The notes under the pieces: model-generated
What the model was told of the DNA's origin: nothing
The model's database searches: none
Seen by the model: the letters and a program-made list of their open reading frames with translations, nothing else
NCBI GenBank assembly: GCA_963663165.1
Contig: OY760175.1
Span: 3,008,001 to 3,072,000 of the forward strand
Source of the DNA: an uncultured Desulfospira sp.
GTDB taxonomy: Bacteria > Desulfobacterota > Desulfobacteria > Desulfobacterales > Desulfobacteraceae
Direction: 5' to 3'
DNA: 64,000 nucleotides
Program-made: the position numbers and the translations under genes
Shown here: piece by piece, positions 47,016 through 57,914 of the stretch
Layout of the letters: each line of letters begins with the position of its first letter
Numbering within the stretch: the stretch's first letter is position 1

Positions 47016-50000
47016 CTATTCGGCTTCAAGCTGTGCTTTAACACGTTTTAACGCTTCAATGGCCTCGTCTGTATCAAAGTCCTCCAAAAGGCCGGCAATA
47101 TTTTTTATGTCAGCTTCATACCGGGTTGAGGCCAGCATGCCGCCAAGTTCTTCTGATTTGTCCATGGCCTCCGATATATTGGTGGTAATCAAATCTATGA
47201 TCTGATCAATCAAATCAGGGGCACCGGACAGGTCAGCTCCGGGCTGGACTGAAACAACCGCCTCAATGGCGTCCCCGAGGTCAGCCAGGGCACCCATCAC
47301 CTCATCCAGATCGGCCTGGACAATGTCCGTAAGGGGCTTGGTATCTGCCATCTCCTCCCGCAGGGCTTTTTCCAGGTCCCCGGATGATCCGGACAGCTTC
47401 CCGGCCCCCAGGTTGGCGGCCACGCCTTTAAGGGTATGGGAGAGACGGACCGCTTCCTCGCGGGTTCCTTCTTCCAGGGCCGCCAATATGTCCGAAACGG
47501 TGGCACCATAGTTGTCCCTGAACCGGCACAGCAGCTTTTTATAAAGTTTCTGGTTGCCGGCTACCGATGCCAGCCCATCCTGAATGGATATGCCGGAAAC
47601 GCCATCCATGGGCAGGCTGTCCGTTGGGGCGCCATGGGAGTCTTGGGATTTTCCGGCATCAACCCCTTCAGGCGATTTCCTTTCGCCGGGCTTGATCCAC
47701 TGGACCAGGGTCCGGTTCAACTGGTCCGGGTCAATGGGCTTGGTGATGTGGTCGTTCATACCGGCCTCCAGGCTCTTGTCCCGGTCACTGCTCATGGCGT
47801 GGGCCGTCATGGCCACTATGGGCAAGTCCGCAATTCCCTGGTCCCGGATGGCCTTTGCTGCGGTGAGCCCGTCCATCTCCGGCATCTGGATGTCCATGAA
47901 CACCAGATCGTAATCCTTGTCCTTTCCGCCGGCCAGGGCCGAAAGGGCTTGCAGGCCGTTGTCCGCCACATCCACAAAAAGACCGGCTGTTTCCAATAAC
48001 TCCACAGCGATCTGCTGATTGATTTCATTGTCTTCAGCCAGCAGGATCCGGGCCCCTGAAATCAGGTCCAGTCCGGGCACAGCCGCTTCTTTGGCCTTAT
48101 CTCTTTTTCCGATAATGCCCGGTTTCAGGCCCATGACCCCAAGAATGGTGTCCAGCAGCACAGAGACATTTACCGGCTTGACCAGAAAGGCATCGGCACC
48201 AGCCTCCATGGAATGGGCCATGACGTCTTCCCGGCTAAAGGCCGACACCATGATCACCGAGACCTTACGCTTTAATCTCGGGTCCGCTTTAATTTTCCGG
48301 ACCACTTCAGCGCCATCCATCCCGGGCATCTTGTAATCCATGAACACCAGGGGAAAAAGTTCGTCATCCGGGGTATTCTCAAGGATGCTCAACGCATGGG
48401 GCCCGGAGGTCGCTGTGGTGGTTTCCAGTGCCAGGGTTTCCAGCAGGGATTTAAGGATGAGCAAAGAGGCTTCGCTGTCATCTACCGCCAGCACACGCAG
48501 CCCTTTTAAATCAGCTGCCAGGATGGTGTAGTCTGCGGGTTTTTTTTCCGGAGCGGCCACAACCTCAAACCGGCAGGTGACCCAGAAGGTGCTCCCCGCC
48601 CCATATTCGCTTTCAAGGCCAACCCCGCCGCCCATGAGTTCAGCCAGCTTTCTGCAAATGGACAGACCCAAGCCGGTGCCCCCGTATTTGCGTGTTGTGG
48701 ATGTATCGGCCTGGGTAAAGGGCTGGAAGAGTTTTTCTTTTTGTTCATCGGTCAGGCCGATGCCGGTATCTTTCACACTGAACTTGATCAGCAGGCTGTT
48801 TCTTGACCGCTCAAGGATCTCGGATTTGACGATAATCTCTCCTTGTTCCGTGAATTTAACGGCATTGCTTACAAAATTCAACAGGATCTGGCCGAGCCGG
48901 AACGGATCACCCACCAGTTCCTTGGGGGTATCCATATCCTGGTCAATGATGAATTCCAGTTCCTTTTCCTGGGCTTTTTGCAAAATCACGGCGGAAAGGT
49001 TGTCAAACACCTGATCCATCTTAAAGTTAATGTTCTCGATATCCAGCTGGCCGGCCTCAATTTTGGAAAAGTCCAGAATATCGTTGATAAGCCCCAACAG
49101 GGCCTTGGCCGAACTGTCAATCTTGTATATATAATCCTCCTGCTTGGCGGTAAGGTCGGTTTTTAAAACCAGGTGGGTCATCCCGAGAATGGCGTTCATG
49201 GGGGTCCGGATCTCGTGGCTCATATTGGCAAGAAAACCGCTCTTGGCCTGATTGGCCGCTTCTGCTTCCTTCATGGCCCGGGACAACTGTTTGGTTCGCT
49301 CTCCCACCAGCTCCTCCAAGGAGTCCTGGTGTTTTTTGCGTTCCGTTATATCCATGATCGTGAACGTAAAGCCCTTTTCATGGTCCTGCTCGTCCAGGGG
49401 CACCAGGGTGATATATACATCCTTGAGGGTGCCGTCTTTGCTTTGAAAAACCGACTCAAGGGCGGCCCACCCCTTTTCCTCAAGCTGCGTGTAGGCAAGC
49501 TTTCCTGAGGTTTCAAACACCTCATCGCTGGGGTAGAAAACCCGGGTACTCCGGTCTAAGAGTTCCTCTAAGGGGCGGCCGGTGATCCGTGTAAGCTCCC
49601 GGTTGGCGTGGGTAATCACCCGGTCTTTCACCATACCGATGCCCACGCTCGACGCCCTGAGAATACTGTCCAGTTCCCCCTGCCGGCGGAGCAGTTCCTG
49701 TTCATAATTCTTACGTTCGGTGATGTCCATGATGGTAAAGGCATGGCCCTGGCTCATGTCTTTTTCATTCAGGGGAGCCATGCCGATATGAACGTTTTTA
49801 AAAGTTTTGTCCTTGCTTTGGAAAACAGATTCCAGTGACGCGGTGCCCTTTTCCTCGACCTGCTGATAGATGTTTTCACCCACAGCCAGAAATATCTCTT
49901 CGCTGGGATAAAAAATCCGGGTGCTCCGCCCGATGAGTTCCTCTGCGGAATAGCCGGTAATTCTGGTCAGTTCATCGTTGACATGGACCAGGACCCGGTC

Positions 50001-51515
50001 CCTTACCATGCCGATGCCCACCGTGGCTGCCCTGAGAATACCGTTTATTTCAGCCTGGCGATGAAGCAGTTCCCGTTCAGCGGCCTTACGTTCCGAGATG
50101 TCCATGATGGCACCGATAAACCCTTCGGAGAAATCATCCGGGTTCAGGGGGACCGCGTTCAGCAGGATGTTTTTCAGGGTCCCGTCCTTATGCTTGAAAA
50201 TGGTCTCAAGGGATACCTTCCCTTTTTCCTGTACCTGCTTAGAATATTCTTCGCCAACGGCATTAAAGATCTCTTCACTGGGATACAGCAGGCTTGTATT
50301 TTTTCCGGCAAGATCTTTTAACTTGTAACCGCAGATTCTTTCAAATTCGTCGCTGGTGTAGGTGATGGACCGGTCTTTCACGATGCTGATACCCACCGGC
50401 GAAGACTTGAGAACACCGTTTAACTCTGCCTGCTGGCGAATTAATTTTTGTTCAAAGGCCTTGCGCTCGGTAACGTCGATTCCGTCTGCAAAAATGAACA
50501 TGGGTTGATTTTTCTCGCCCAGAATGGGCTGGATAATGACCTCGGCATCAATCCGTCTGCCGTCATGGCTGGTGTGCACGGCGTCAAACACCGTGGTCCC
50601 CCCTTTCTGGGCCTTTTCAACAGCCTTCCGGACTATTTCCTGAGTCTGGGGCTGTCCCTGCCACCAGGCCGTTTCCCAGAAGGGCTGCCCCACAACCTCC
50701 TCCTGGGATACATTGACAAACTCCACCGCTGTCCGGTTGGCCCGGCGCACCCGGCCGTCCAGGCCAAGGATCCCCATAAATTCTCTGGACTGGTCAAATA
50801 TGCCCCGTAAGGTGGCCTCGCTGTTCCGGATCCTGCGGGCCGCCTGCAGTCCCTGCCGTATAGAAATAAATGCCAGCAGGGCAACCCCCGCGAGAATGGC
50901 CATACTGATTATTAAAAGGCCTTTTGCCTCATCTTTGGCTGCGACATTGATATCCTGAAGATAAACACCGGTGCCGATAATCCAGCCCCAGGGCTCAAAC
51001 CGTTTGACATAGGATATTTTGGGGACGATTTGACTGCCGGCACCAGCCAGCTGCCAACTGTAAGAGACAAAGGCACTGCCGGTGTTTTCACTTTTTTCCA
51101 CCATTTCCATGAACATCCGTTTGCCGGCCGGATCCTGATAGCCTGTCAGATCCCGGCCATTTAACAGGGGCATGAACGGGTGCATGATCATCCGGGGATG
51201 AAGATCGTTAACCCAGAAGTAGTCCTTATTGTCCGGACCATACCGGACAGAGGAAATAGCCGCCAGAACAATTTTCTGCGCCTCTTTTTGGGTCATGGTC
51301 CCATCTAATTCATGGCCATGGTAATACTGGGCCATATCCAGGATGATCCGGGTCATATTTTTGAGTGCGTATTTTCTTTCATCCAGCAACGTATTGTACA
51401 CACTGGGCAGGTGAACTCCGAAGATCGCCACCGAAAACAAAATAATGGAGGCCACCATCGGCAGGGCCGTCTTTATCCACAAGGGAGCGACCAGACGCTG
51501 GATTAAGGAACGCAT
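47016..51515 (-). CDS. Hybrid sensor kinase (TM, sCache_2, TM, four PAS, HisKA, HATPase, REC, REC, HPt)
   Basis: RYG..DYFWVND...[23 protein letters not shown]; four PAS domains ending D(V/I)(T/S)[17 protein letters not shown]. Start at 51515 after GGAGAG. Confidence 0.93.
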   Translation of the reverse strand: MRSLIQRLVAPLWIKTALPMVASIILFSVAIFGVHLPSVYNTLLDERKYALKNMTRIILDMAQYYHGHELDGTMTQKEAQKIVLAAISSVRYGPDNKDYFWVNDLHPRMIMHPFMPLLNGRDLTGYQDPAGKRMFMEMVEKSENTGSAFVSYSWQLAGAGSQIVPKISYVKRFEPWGWIIGTGVYLQDINVAAKDEAKGLLIISMAILAGVALLAFISIRQGLQAARRIRNSEATLRGIFDQSREFMGILGLDGRVRRANRTAVEFVNVSQEEVVGQPFWETAWWQGQPQTQEIVRKAVEKAQKGGTTVFDAVHTSHDGRRIDAEVIIQPILGEKNQPMFIFADGIDVTERKAFEQKLIRQQAELNGVLKSSPVGISIVKDRSITYTSDEFERICGYKLKDLAGKNTSLLYPSEEIFNAVGEEYSKQVQEKGKVSLETIFKHKDGTLKNILLNAVPLNPDDFSEGFIGAIMDISERKAAERELLHRQAEINGILRAATVGIGMVRDRVLVHVNDELTRITGYSAEELIGRSTRIFYPSEEIFLAVGENIYQQVEEKGTASLESVFQSKDKTFKNVHIGMAPLNEKDMSQGHAFTIMDITERKNYEQELLRRQGELDSILRASSVGIGMVKDRVITHANRELTRITGRPLEELLDRSTRVFYPSDEVFETSGKLAYTQLEEKGWAALESVFQSKDGTLKDVYITLVPLDEQDHEKGFTFTIMDITERKKHQDSLEELVGERTKQLSRAMKEAEAANQAKSGFLANMSHEIRTPMNAILGMTHLVLKTDLTAKQEDYIYKIDSSAKALLGLINDILDFSKIEAGQLDIENINFKMDQVFDNLSAVILQKAQEKELEFIIDQDMDTPKELVGDPFRLGQILLNFVSNAVKFTEQGEIIVKSEILERSRNSLLIKFSVKDTGIGLTDEQKEKLFQPFTQADTSTTRKYGGTGLGLSICRKLAELMGGGVGLESEYGAGSTFWVTCRFEVVAAPEKKPADYTILAADLKGLRVLAVDDSEASLLILKSLLETLALETTTATSGPHALSILENTPDDELFPLVFMDYKMPGMDGAEVVRKIKADPRLKRKVSVIMVSAFSREDVMAHSMEAGADAFLVKPVNVSVLLDTILGVMGLKPGIIGKRDKAKEAAVPGLDLISGARILLAEDNEINQQIAVELLETAGLFVDVADNGLQALSALAGGKDKDYDLVFMDIQMPEMDGLTAAKAIRDQGIADLPIVAMTAHAMSSDRDKSLEAGMNDHITKPIDPDQLNRTLVQWIKPGERKSPEGVDAGKSQDSHGAPTDSLPMDGVSGISIQDGLASVAGNQKLYKKLLCRFRDNYGATVSDILAALEEGTREEAVRLSHTLKGVAANLGAGKLSGSSGDLEKALREEMADTKPLTDIVQADLDEVMGALADLGDAIEAVVSVQPGADLSGAPDLIDQIIDLITTNISEAMDKSEELGGMLASTRYEADIKNIAGLLEDFDTDEAIEALKRVKAQLEAE

Positions 51516-51817
51516 ATGAATACTCTCTCCTGTTTTTCGTTGGGGCACGGCAAACAGATTCGCCGCGTCATCTTCTTGCAGGCGGCGCAAAGGGTTACCC
51601 GATGGGACGCCGGCAGATTACCGGTTTCTAAATTAAAATGATAAAAAAAACGCCGTTTACCGGATACCTTGGGCCGGGCTCATTGAGATAGAAAGACAAC
51701 TGGCAGTCCGGACAGATTTTTTTGCTTGTTTAGTTACTCAATATAAAGACAGGGAGTAACTTTTGTCAAGAAAGTGTTTGATAATAGGGCAATAACCGTA
51801 ATCTGGACATATCCCCG

Positions 51818-53884
51818 TCACGTCGGTTCATATTCGCCTGGGTCGTCTGCCATCTGTATGGCGATTTCTTCAAACCGTTTCTCCAATGCGAGAAAAGCAT
51901 CCACCACTTCCGGGTCAAAATGGGTCCCCTTGCCTTCTATAATCGTTTTCCTGGCCATGGTGTGGTCAAAGGCGTCTTTGTAAACCCGCCGGGCCGTCAG
52001 GGCATCGTACACATCAGCCACTGCCATGATCCGGGCGGATAACGGAATTTCTTCGCCTTTAAGGCCCTGGTTGTAGCCGGACCCGTCCCATTTTTCATGA
52101 TGGGATAAAATAATCTCTTTGGAGACCTTCAGAAAAGAGGTCTCCTGGTCGGTACCGGACATCTTTTCGGCTTCCTCAATGGCATGCCAGCCGTGGTCCG
52201 TATGTTTCTGTATTTCCACAAATTCCGCTTGTGACAGTTTGCCCGGTTTTTTGAGGACCGCATCGGGCACACCGACCTTTCCGATGTCGTGCATGGGAGC
52301 GGATTTAAACATCAACTCAATGGTATGGTCATCCAGGACATGCCGGTACCGGGGCAGAAGGCTTAACCGTTTGGCCAGCAGTTTGACAAACAAGGCGGTC
52401 CTTCGAATGTGCAGGCCGGTTTCCTTGTCCCTTGTACCGGCCAAAGCCGTAATGCCCAAAAGGGTTAAATTCTGGGCAGCGGCCATGTCCCGGGTTCGCC
52501 TGAGCATTCTTTTTTCTTCTATCCGGAACCGAAGAACACTTAACAGGGAAAACACCACAAACAACGTCAAAAAAGGGTAGGTCATGGAAATATACAGGTG
52601 CATGTGGCGCAGAAAAAACAATCCCGAAAACCAGAAACCGGTCGCGGCAAGTGCCAGAAAAAGGTTACAGGGCCAGGGTTTAAAATAAGTGAGCATCAGG
52701 GTGCAGATAATCCCGGTAATAAGGATCAGCACCCATTCCACGCCTTTGACCCAGGGCGGGGCTGACAAAAGATTGCCGTTAAGGGCATTGTCCACTGCCG
52801 TGGCATGGATCCCCACCCCGAAAAAGTAAGGTGCCAGGGGCGTGGCATGGGTTTCCCCTAATCCGGAAGCCCAGGCGCCCAGAAACACAATCCGGTCTTT
52901 CATAATGGACGGATCAGCCTTCCCCTCCAGCAGGTCCCGGGCGGATATAACGGTAAAATCTGCGGCGTTTTTTCGAAAATGAAGCAGCAGATGCCCCTGG
53001 GGGGAAACCGGGATGGTCAGATGTTTAATGGACACGGAAGAAAGCCCTGCGGGCCCTGCTTTCAATACCACTTTATCCGTATTCATGGACAGCATAAGGG
53101 CGGCAAGGGAAAGGCTCGGATAAAACCGGCCCTGGTATCCGGCGATAAACGGGGTCCTGCGGATGATCCCGTCATTGTCGGACACGGAATTGACAAAGCC
53201 ATACCCCCGGGCGGCCTGAATAAACAGGGGCAGGGGCGCCAGGATCCCGTGCATGGCCGGAAACCACTGAAACAAATCAATTCCCGTCGTCGGGGTGACA
53301 AGAGAAACTTTTAAGGGCAGCAGCCCCGGGGGCAGGCCAATGGTCTTTTCTTTTAAAAGCTTGCAGGCCAGGACAAAAGGCCCCCTGCGCAACACCCGGG
53401 CTAAAATTTTATCGTTGTCCAGGCTGGGGTCAAGGGAATCGGTCAAAGAATGGGAAACAATGACGCCCCGGTCCTGCAGGATCTTAAATGCGGCAAGCAA
53501 AGAGGCCCTGTCCGGCTCGGACATCAGGATGTCCATGCCCACGGCACTGGGGGCTGCGCGGGCAATAGCCGAACACAGCCGGGCCAAAAGATCCCTGGGC
53601 CAGGGCCATTGCCCAAAGGCCTCAAGGCTTGGGTCATCAATGGTTACAATGACCGGCCGGGCCGGGCCCTGGTCCTCAAGAGCCCGGTGGCAGACATCAT
53701 AATATTTCTGGTCCAGAAAGGTGATAAACGCAGGACGGTACACAAAAAGGCCGATGAAAAACACCGTAATGGCACAGCCTGTTCTAAAAATAATTTTTCT
53801 GTCCCGTCCCCGGTATGGAACTATTTTGCCAAGGCCGGGGGACTTTTTCTGATTTGATCCTCTGATTTTCACTGAACGGCGCAC
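51818..53884 (-). CDS. CHASE2, 3TM, HD-GYP (GYN variant) phosphodiesterase
   Basis: IDDPSL..FGQWPWPR, GMDILMSEPD, DGIIRR, GVGIHAT; HDIGK, HHEKWDGSGYN. Confidence 0.92.
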   Translation of the reverse strand: MRRSVKIRGSNQKKSPGLGKIVPYRGRDRKIIFRTGCAITVFFIGLFVYRPAFITFLDQKYYDVCHRALEDQGPARPVIVTIDDPSLEAFGQWPWPRDLLARLCSAIARAAPSAVGMDILMSEPDRASLLAAFKILQDRGVIVSHSLTDSLDPSLDNDKILARVLRRGPFVLACKLLKEKTIGLPPGLLPLKVSLVTPTTGIDLFQWFPAMHGILAPLPLFIQAARGYGFVNSVSDNDGIIRRTPFIAGYQGRFYPSLSLAALMLSMNTDKVVLKAGPAGLSSVSIKHLTIPVSPQGHLLLHFRKNAADFTVISARDLLEGKADPSIMKDRIVFLGAWASGLGETHATPLAPYFFGVGIHATAVDNALNGNLLSAPPWVKGVEWVLILITGIICTLMLTYFKPWPCNLFLALAATGFWFSGLFFLRHMHLYISMTYPFLTLFVVFSLLSVLRFRIEEKRMLRRTRDMAAAQNLTLLGITALAGTRDKETGLHIRRTALFVKLLAKRLSLLPRYRHVLDDHTIELMFKSAPMHDIGKVGVPDAVLKKPGKLSQAEFVEIQKHTDHGWHAIEEAEKMSGTDQETSFLKVSKEIILSHHEKWDGSGYNQGLKGEEIPLSARIMAVADVYDALTARRVYKDAFDHTMARKTIIEGKGTHFDPEVVDAFLALEKRFEEIAIQMADDPGEYEPT

Positions 53885-53936
53885 CCTTTCCCCTGTGGGG
53901 CGGGATTCCCGGCCAGCAGGGGGCCGGGCCGCCCGG

Positions 53937-54569
53937 TTACCTTACAATCACTTCGACCCTCCGGTTTCTGGGTTCCGGAACATCATCCGGTGTGGGGACC
54001 AGTGGATTGCCTTCCCCATGGGAACTGGTGCGGACAAGCTGCTGGTCAACACCCTGATCCACTAACAGCCAGGTAACCTTTTCAGCCCGTTTAAGGGACA
54101 GGGCAATGTTGCTTTGTTCGTCGCCCACCCGGTCTGAATGACCGTCTACGCTGATGCTTTTAGAGTCCCGCTTCTCAATTTCAGCTATGATCTCGGGGAT
54201 GCGGGCAAGGGACTCATCGGTGAGGATGTCTGAGCCGGATTTGAACTGAAGAATAAATTTCTCCGGAAGCGCCGGTTCAATATGCAGCACCGGCGCAAAA
54301 ATATCTTGAATCTCCTCTTCAGGGACAGGCTCCGGCGCACCAGGGGCCTTCTCCTGGGTGACCGTCACACCGTATCCAGCCTGGTCCAGGGTTGCGGTGC
54401 CCTGGGCATTGGCAATTTGGACCTTTCCCACATGATCGTCATGGTCGGGCATCAGCACCACCCGGGTTCCTTTGGACGCACATCCGGCGGCAAAAAATCC
54501 CATTGCCGGAATCAGAACGGCCAGCAGTGCCGTTTTAAAATATCGGCCGGTTAAAATGGATGGTTTCAA
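53937..54569 (-). CDS. OmpA-family lipoprotein
   Basis: AAGC lipobox; GHSDRVG, N..LS.KRA, GEGNP, RNRRVEV. Confidence 0.92.
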   Translation of the reverse strand: MKPSILTGRYFKTALLAVLIPAMGFFAAGCASKGTRVVLMPDHDDHVGKVQIANAQGTATLDQAGYGVTVTQEKAPGAPEPVPEEEIQDIFAPVLHIEPALPEKFILQFKSGSDILTDESLARIPEIIAEIEKRDSKSISVDGHSDRVGDEQSNIALSLKRAEKVTWLLVDQGVDQQLVRTSSHGEGNPLVPTPDDVPEPRNRRVEVIVR

Positions 54570-55024
54570 TTGGTTACCTCCACCAGGAACCTTGTGCCCC
54601 TGACCCCAATGGTGCCGTCCGGGGTTTCGATTTTCACATGATCCGGGGCCAGCTTGGCAATAACGCCGGACAGAAACAAAAATGTCCCCTTGATCAGACG
54701 GGTTGTCATGGAATATTGATAAACGCTGGGATCAAAAACAAACTCATCCATGTTCATGGCACTGTCCGGCCCTAAACAGATGATGGTGTCATCTTGAAGA
54801 ATCAGGCTGGCAGAACTGTCCTTTGCAGACTGAATCCGGTCATGGGGATACACCCTGGTGCCGGCCTCGGCCTTAAGGCTTTCATTTTCCGGGCGCAGGA
54901 TCTCCACCTGCCCGGAAACAGACTTAAAGCTTCCGCAGGGGAGAAGTTCTCCTGCGATGCCGTATCCTGCACCGGTTAAGTAAACAAATAAACACACCAG
55001 GGTACCTCGTATCACTGCTTTCAT
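54566..55024 (-). CDS. Secreted FecR-domain protein
   Basis: Signal peptide, SVSGQV.I.R, D.I.S, L.DDT.I.LGPDS, TPDGTIGVRGT.F.V. Start at 55024 after GGAGG. Confidence 0.88.
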   Translation of the reverse strand: MKAVIRGTLVCLFVYLTGAGYGIAGELLPCGSFKSVSGQVEILRPENESLKAEAGTRVYPHDRIQSAKDSSASLILQDDTIICLGPDSAMNMDEFVFDPSVYQYSMTTRLIKGTFLFLSGVIAKLAPDHVKIETPDGTIGVRGTRFLVEVTN

Positions 55025-55271
55025 AAAACATAATCCTCCGTTAACATGCACGGGCGGTAACTCAAAAAGAATATGGTCTGTTTTTGAGAATCTAAGGGAA
55101 CATGCGGCAAAGCAACAGGGTCTGACCATATCCTTAACGCCCTTTTTACGCCCACACTTATATCAGCCTGGTCTGTTTAAAGCAAGAAAATGCCGGATAG
55201 CATCGGGATTCGCCTGTAACCTTGCACCGGTTGATGTTATCTTTCGAATGGGTTGTATGGCGTATAAAAAA

Positions 55272-55340
55272 CGGAGACCGGAAATCGCGGATTCTTAAGG
55301 GGTACGCATTCCGGTCTCCCGTCTCCGGTCTCCGGTTTCC
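55272..55340. repeat. Inverted arrangement of GGAGACC/GGAAACC heptamers
   Basis: GGAGACCGGAAATCGCGG ... CCGGTCTCCCGTCTCCGGTCTCCGGTTTCC; same family at 27060-27100 and 32294-32340. Confidence 0.7.
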
Positions 55341-55371
55341 TCCAATTACATAGCCTCGGGCATGCCCCGAA

Positions 55372-56166
55372 CTACTCCACCTGAAACCCTGCTGATTTTT
55401 CAGCCGAGATCCCTTCCATTTCCACTTTGATGGTAATGGTATAGGCCCCTTTTTCATCGTCGGCTTTGCACTTCCGGATAATGGTTACAGGCAGACCGTT
55501 CGGCAGAGTAAGGGTTTCAGCAGGCTTGGCCATAATCACCCTGCCCCCCTTTTCCACCGTATAGGTCATGAGAGCGGTTGCCATATCCCCCTGTTTCCGG
55601 TCTCTGGCAAAAAGGTCCAAAGACAGATCAAACAGGGCACCGGGTGCCATTCTTTCAGAGGAAATATTGAGGGCTGCAATGGACAGATCCGCCGCGCTCC
55701 CCGCTGACCCCTGGGGGGTGTCGTCAACGGTGGTGCTTTCCATGTAGCCGTAGACCTGTTTCCCCTCTTTTAACGGTGCGGTTTTTCCCCCGGTGGCCTG
55801 AGGGCCTGATCCGGGCAGCGGCATCACCCGGACGCCCCGGGTCACCTTGATGTTGTTTTGAATGACACCGATATCAACAAAAGCGCCTTCCTTTTTCCCT
55901 GCCATGGCCTGGTCAAAGTCCCGGGCGGACTGAATCTTGACGCGGTTCACCTTGACAATGATATTGCCGGGTTTAAGGCCTGACTTTTGGGCTGAGCTGT
56001 TTTCCTGAACCTGGACAATTTCTGCCCCGGGGCGGGACTTCGCATCTTTTACCTCAACGCCGATAAAGCCGCCGGCTGGTTGTGCAAACGGTTTCTGGGC
56101 AGCGCCTGAAGCAAAAAGAAATATCATTGTCACAGCAGCCAGCATCACACTTTTTTTTACACCCAC
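55372..56166 (-). CDS. Secreted PDZ-domain protein with a C-terminal Ig-like domain
   Basis: Signal peptide, GFIGV, GAEIVQV..NSSA.KSGLKPG.II..VN; GTG start at 56166 after AGGAGG. Confidence 0.78.
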   Translation of the reverse strand: MGVKKSVMLAAVTMIFLFASGAAQKPFAQPAGGFIGVEVKDAKSRPGAEIVQVQENSSAQKSGLKPGNIIVKVNRVKIQSARDFDQAMAGKKEGAFVDIGVIQNNIKVTRGVRVMPLPGSGPQATGGKTAPLKEGKQVYGYMESTTVDDTPQGSAGSAADLSIAALNISSERMAPGALFDLSLDLFARDRKQGDMATALMTYTVEKGGRVIMAKPAETLTLPNGLPVTIIRKCKADDEKGAYTITIKVEMEGISAEKSAGFQVE

Positions 56167-56203
56167 GATGTCCTCCTGTTGGTTTACGGATTTTGTAAAT
56201 TGT

Positions 56204-57883
56204 CTATTCATCTTCGGGTTTAACATACCAGTCCTCATTGCCGTATAACTTTTTCATACATTCGGTGCATAAGCCGTGGCTAAAAGATGCTTCCGAATAT
56301 TTTTGAAGGTATGCCTCCAGCGTGTTCCAATACCCCTGGTCGTCCCGGATCTTTTTGCAGGCCGAACAGATAGGGATCAACCCCTTTAAGGTTTTGACCT
56401 CAGACAATGCGGTCTGCAATTCTTCAATTAATATTTCTTTTTGAGCCTTGGCTGTTTTATGGGCCTCAACCTCTTTGACCAGCTCGGCTGTCCGCTCCCG
56501 GATCTGTTGATCCAGGATTTCGTTCTGCTTTGCCATCCGTAAGGTAAGGTTTTCATTTTCGGTGAACACCTGGTCAATGATATTAAACCATGTCTGCCAT
56601 ACGTTTGGGACTTGAATGCCAGACAGTGGCGCCTTGTTCCGGCTCCGGTTTATGATGTGATTGACAAAGGTCTTGGACGGCAGAATAAATTGTTTTTCCG
56701 TCAGGAAAAACACAATTACCACCAGGATCATGGAAAAGGCCAGGATCACCAGCGGCCCCCAGCCGACCAAATCCGAAAGCAGGGCCCAGAAAGGCCTTTG
56801 TTTTTCATAATAGATCATCTGCCACGGCGCCTGCTTTAAATGATCGCTGTAAATTTTATATCCCTTAACCCTTATAATTTCTTCATCGGGCAGTCCGGCC
56901 AAAGAAAAATCCGGGGCATTTAATGCCGGGGGCAGTACCTCTTTGAGCAGCTTGGTCCGGCTGTTTTGAGAAATGATGGCAACGGGGTGGGCTACCAGCT
57001 GCCGTTGGTCATTGGCCAGGCACAGGGTGCCTCGCGGGATGGTAAAATTCTTTACAATGGTATTTAAAAAATCAACGGTCAGGTCAATGGCAACGGTGCC
57101 AAGGAACCGGTCACGGTCATATACGGGGGCGGCACAGGTTGTCATCAGCCCTTTTCCGTATTCATCCGCATAAATCCGGGTCCAGAAGCCGGACCGGTCT
57201 TTATTGTTTTCCGGCAGGCCCAGGGTGTAAAATTCGTGGGTCAGCAGCGTATCTGAATATTTAAATTTTCGGGATGACACCCAGGGATAAATATTAATAA
57301 ACTGATGTTTTGACGTATAATAGACCCAGGCCACATTCTCCGATGTTTCAAATATGCCCTGAAACGCTGGATTCAGATTCAGGGCCATGTGAATTTCCCG
57401 GTAAAAGTCCGGGTCCTGGTTTTCCAGGGAACCGAGTCCGGACAGGTTTCCGGCCATTTTCTCGGATACAGGGGGGGCAAAATGATCCAGGGCGTAATAA
57501 TTCTGGGCCGGGACTGGTTTGAGCCCCCTAAACTCCAGGGGCTGGGTCAAGGCCCTGCCGCCTTCGGACTGCATGAGATCGGCCTGGGCCAGGACCCGCA
57601 TTTTTGTCACATTGCCGGTAACCGATGACAGCAGGCGGTCCAGATAGATGACCCTTTCGTGAAACTCTCTTGCAATCATGGCGTTTTCGTATTTTTCAGC
57701 CGATAAATAGCGCTGCCCGGTCATGAAAATCAGAATCACCACCAGGACAAAAAAGACCAGAAAAATCAAAATCGACTGGCGGCTGTGAAACCAGCTCACC
57801 TGATTTTCCATCAAGGATAAATCAGGTGAACCGGTTATCTCATGGTCTGTGGATGAAGATCTGGCCTTTTCTTCCAAATGCAT
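56204..57883 (-). CDS. dCache-domain membrane sensor with a C-terminal Cys/His (zinc-ribbon-like) output domain
   Basis: Two TM segments flanking WT..Y.D..GKGLM.T.A.PV..FLG.VAID; C-terminal LIPICSACKKIRDDQGYW...FSHGLCTEC. Confidence 0.85.
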   Translation of the reverse strand: MHLEEKARSSSTDHEITGSPDLSLMENQVSWFHSRQSILIFLVFFVLVVILIFMTGQRYLSAEKYENAMIAREFHERVIYLDRLLSSVTGNVTKMRVLAQADLMQSEGGRALTQPLEFRGLKPVPAQNYYALDHFAPPVSEKMAGNLSGLGSLENQDPDFYREIHMALNLNPAFQGIFETSENVAWVYYTSKHQFINIYPWVSSRKFKYSDTLLTHEFYTLGLPENNKDRSGFWTRIYADEYGKGLMTTCAAPVYDRDRFLGTVAIDLTVDFLNTIVKNFTIPRGTLCLANDQRQLVAHPVAIISQNSRTKLLKEVLPPALNAPDFSLAGLPDEEIIRVKGYKIYSDHLKQAPWQMIYYEKQRPFWALLSDLVGWGPLVILAFSMILVVIVFFLTEKQFILPSKTFVNHIINRSRNKAPLSGIQVPNVWQTWFNIIDQVFTENENLTLRMAKQNEILDQQIRERTAELVKEVEAHKTAKAQKEILIEELQTALSEVKTLKGLIPICSACKKIRDDQGYWNTLEAYLQKYSEASFSHGLCTECMKKLYGNEDWYVKPEDE

Positions 57884-57914
57884 TGTTTTCCCTTTTCCCC
57901 ACTTGGCCGTTCCA

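Noticed and set aside
51540..51640. c-di-GMP (GEMM) riboswitch upstream of the Cache-PAS kinase
   Set aside because: GGCAAAC and CGCAAA fragments are on the strand opposite the gene and the P1/P2 architecture could not be built. An Infernal search would settle it.
55181..55196. Sigma54 promoter for the FecR operon
   Set aside because: GG and GC are separated by 9 nt rather than the required 10.
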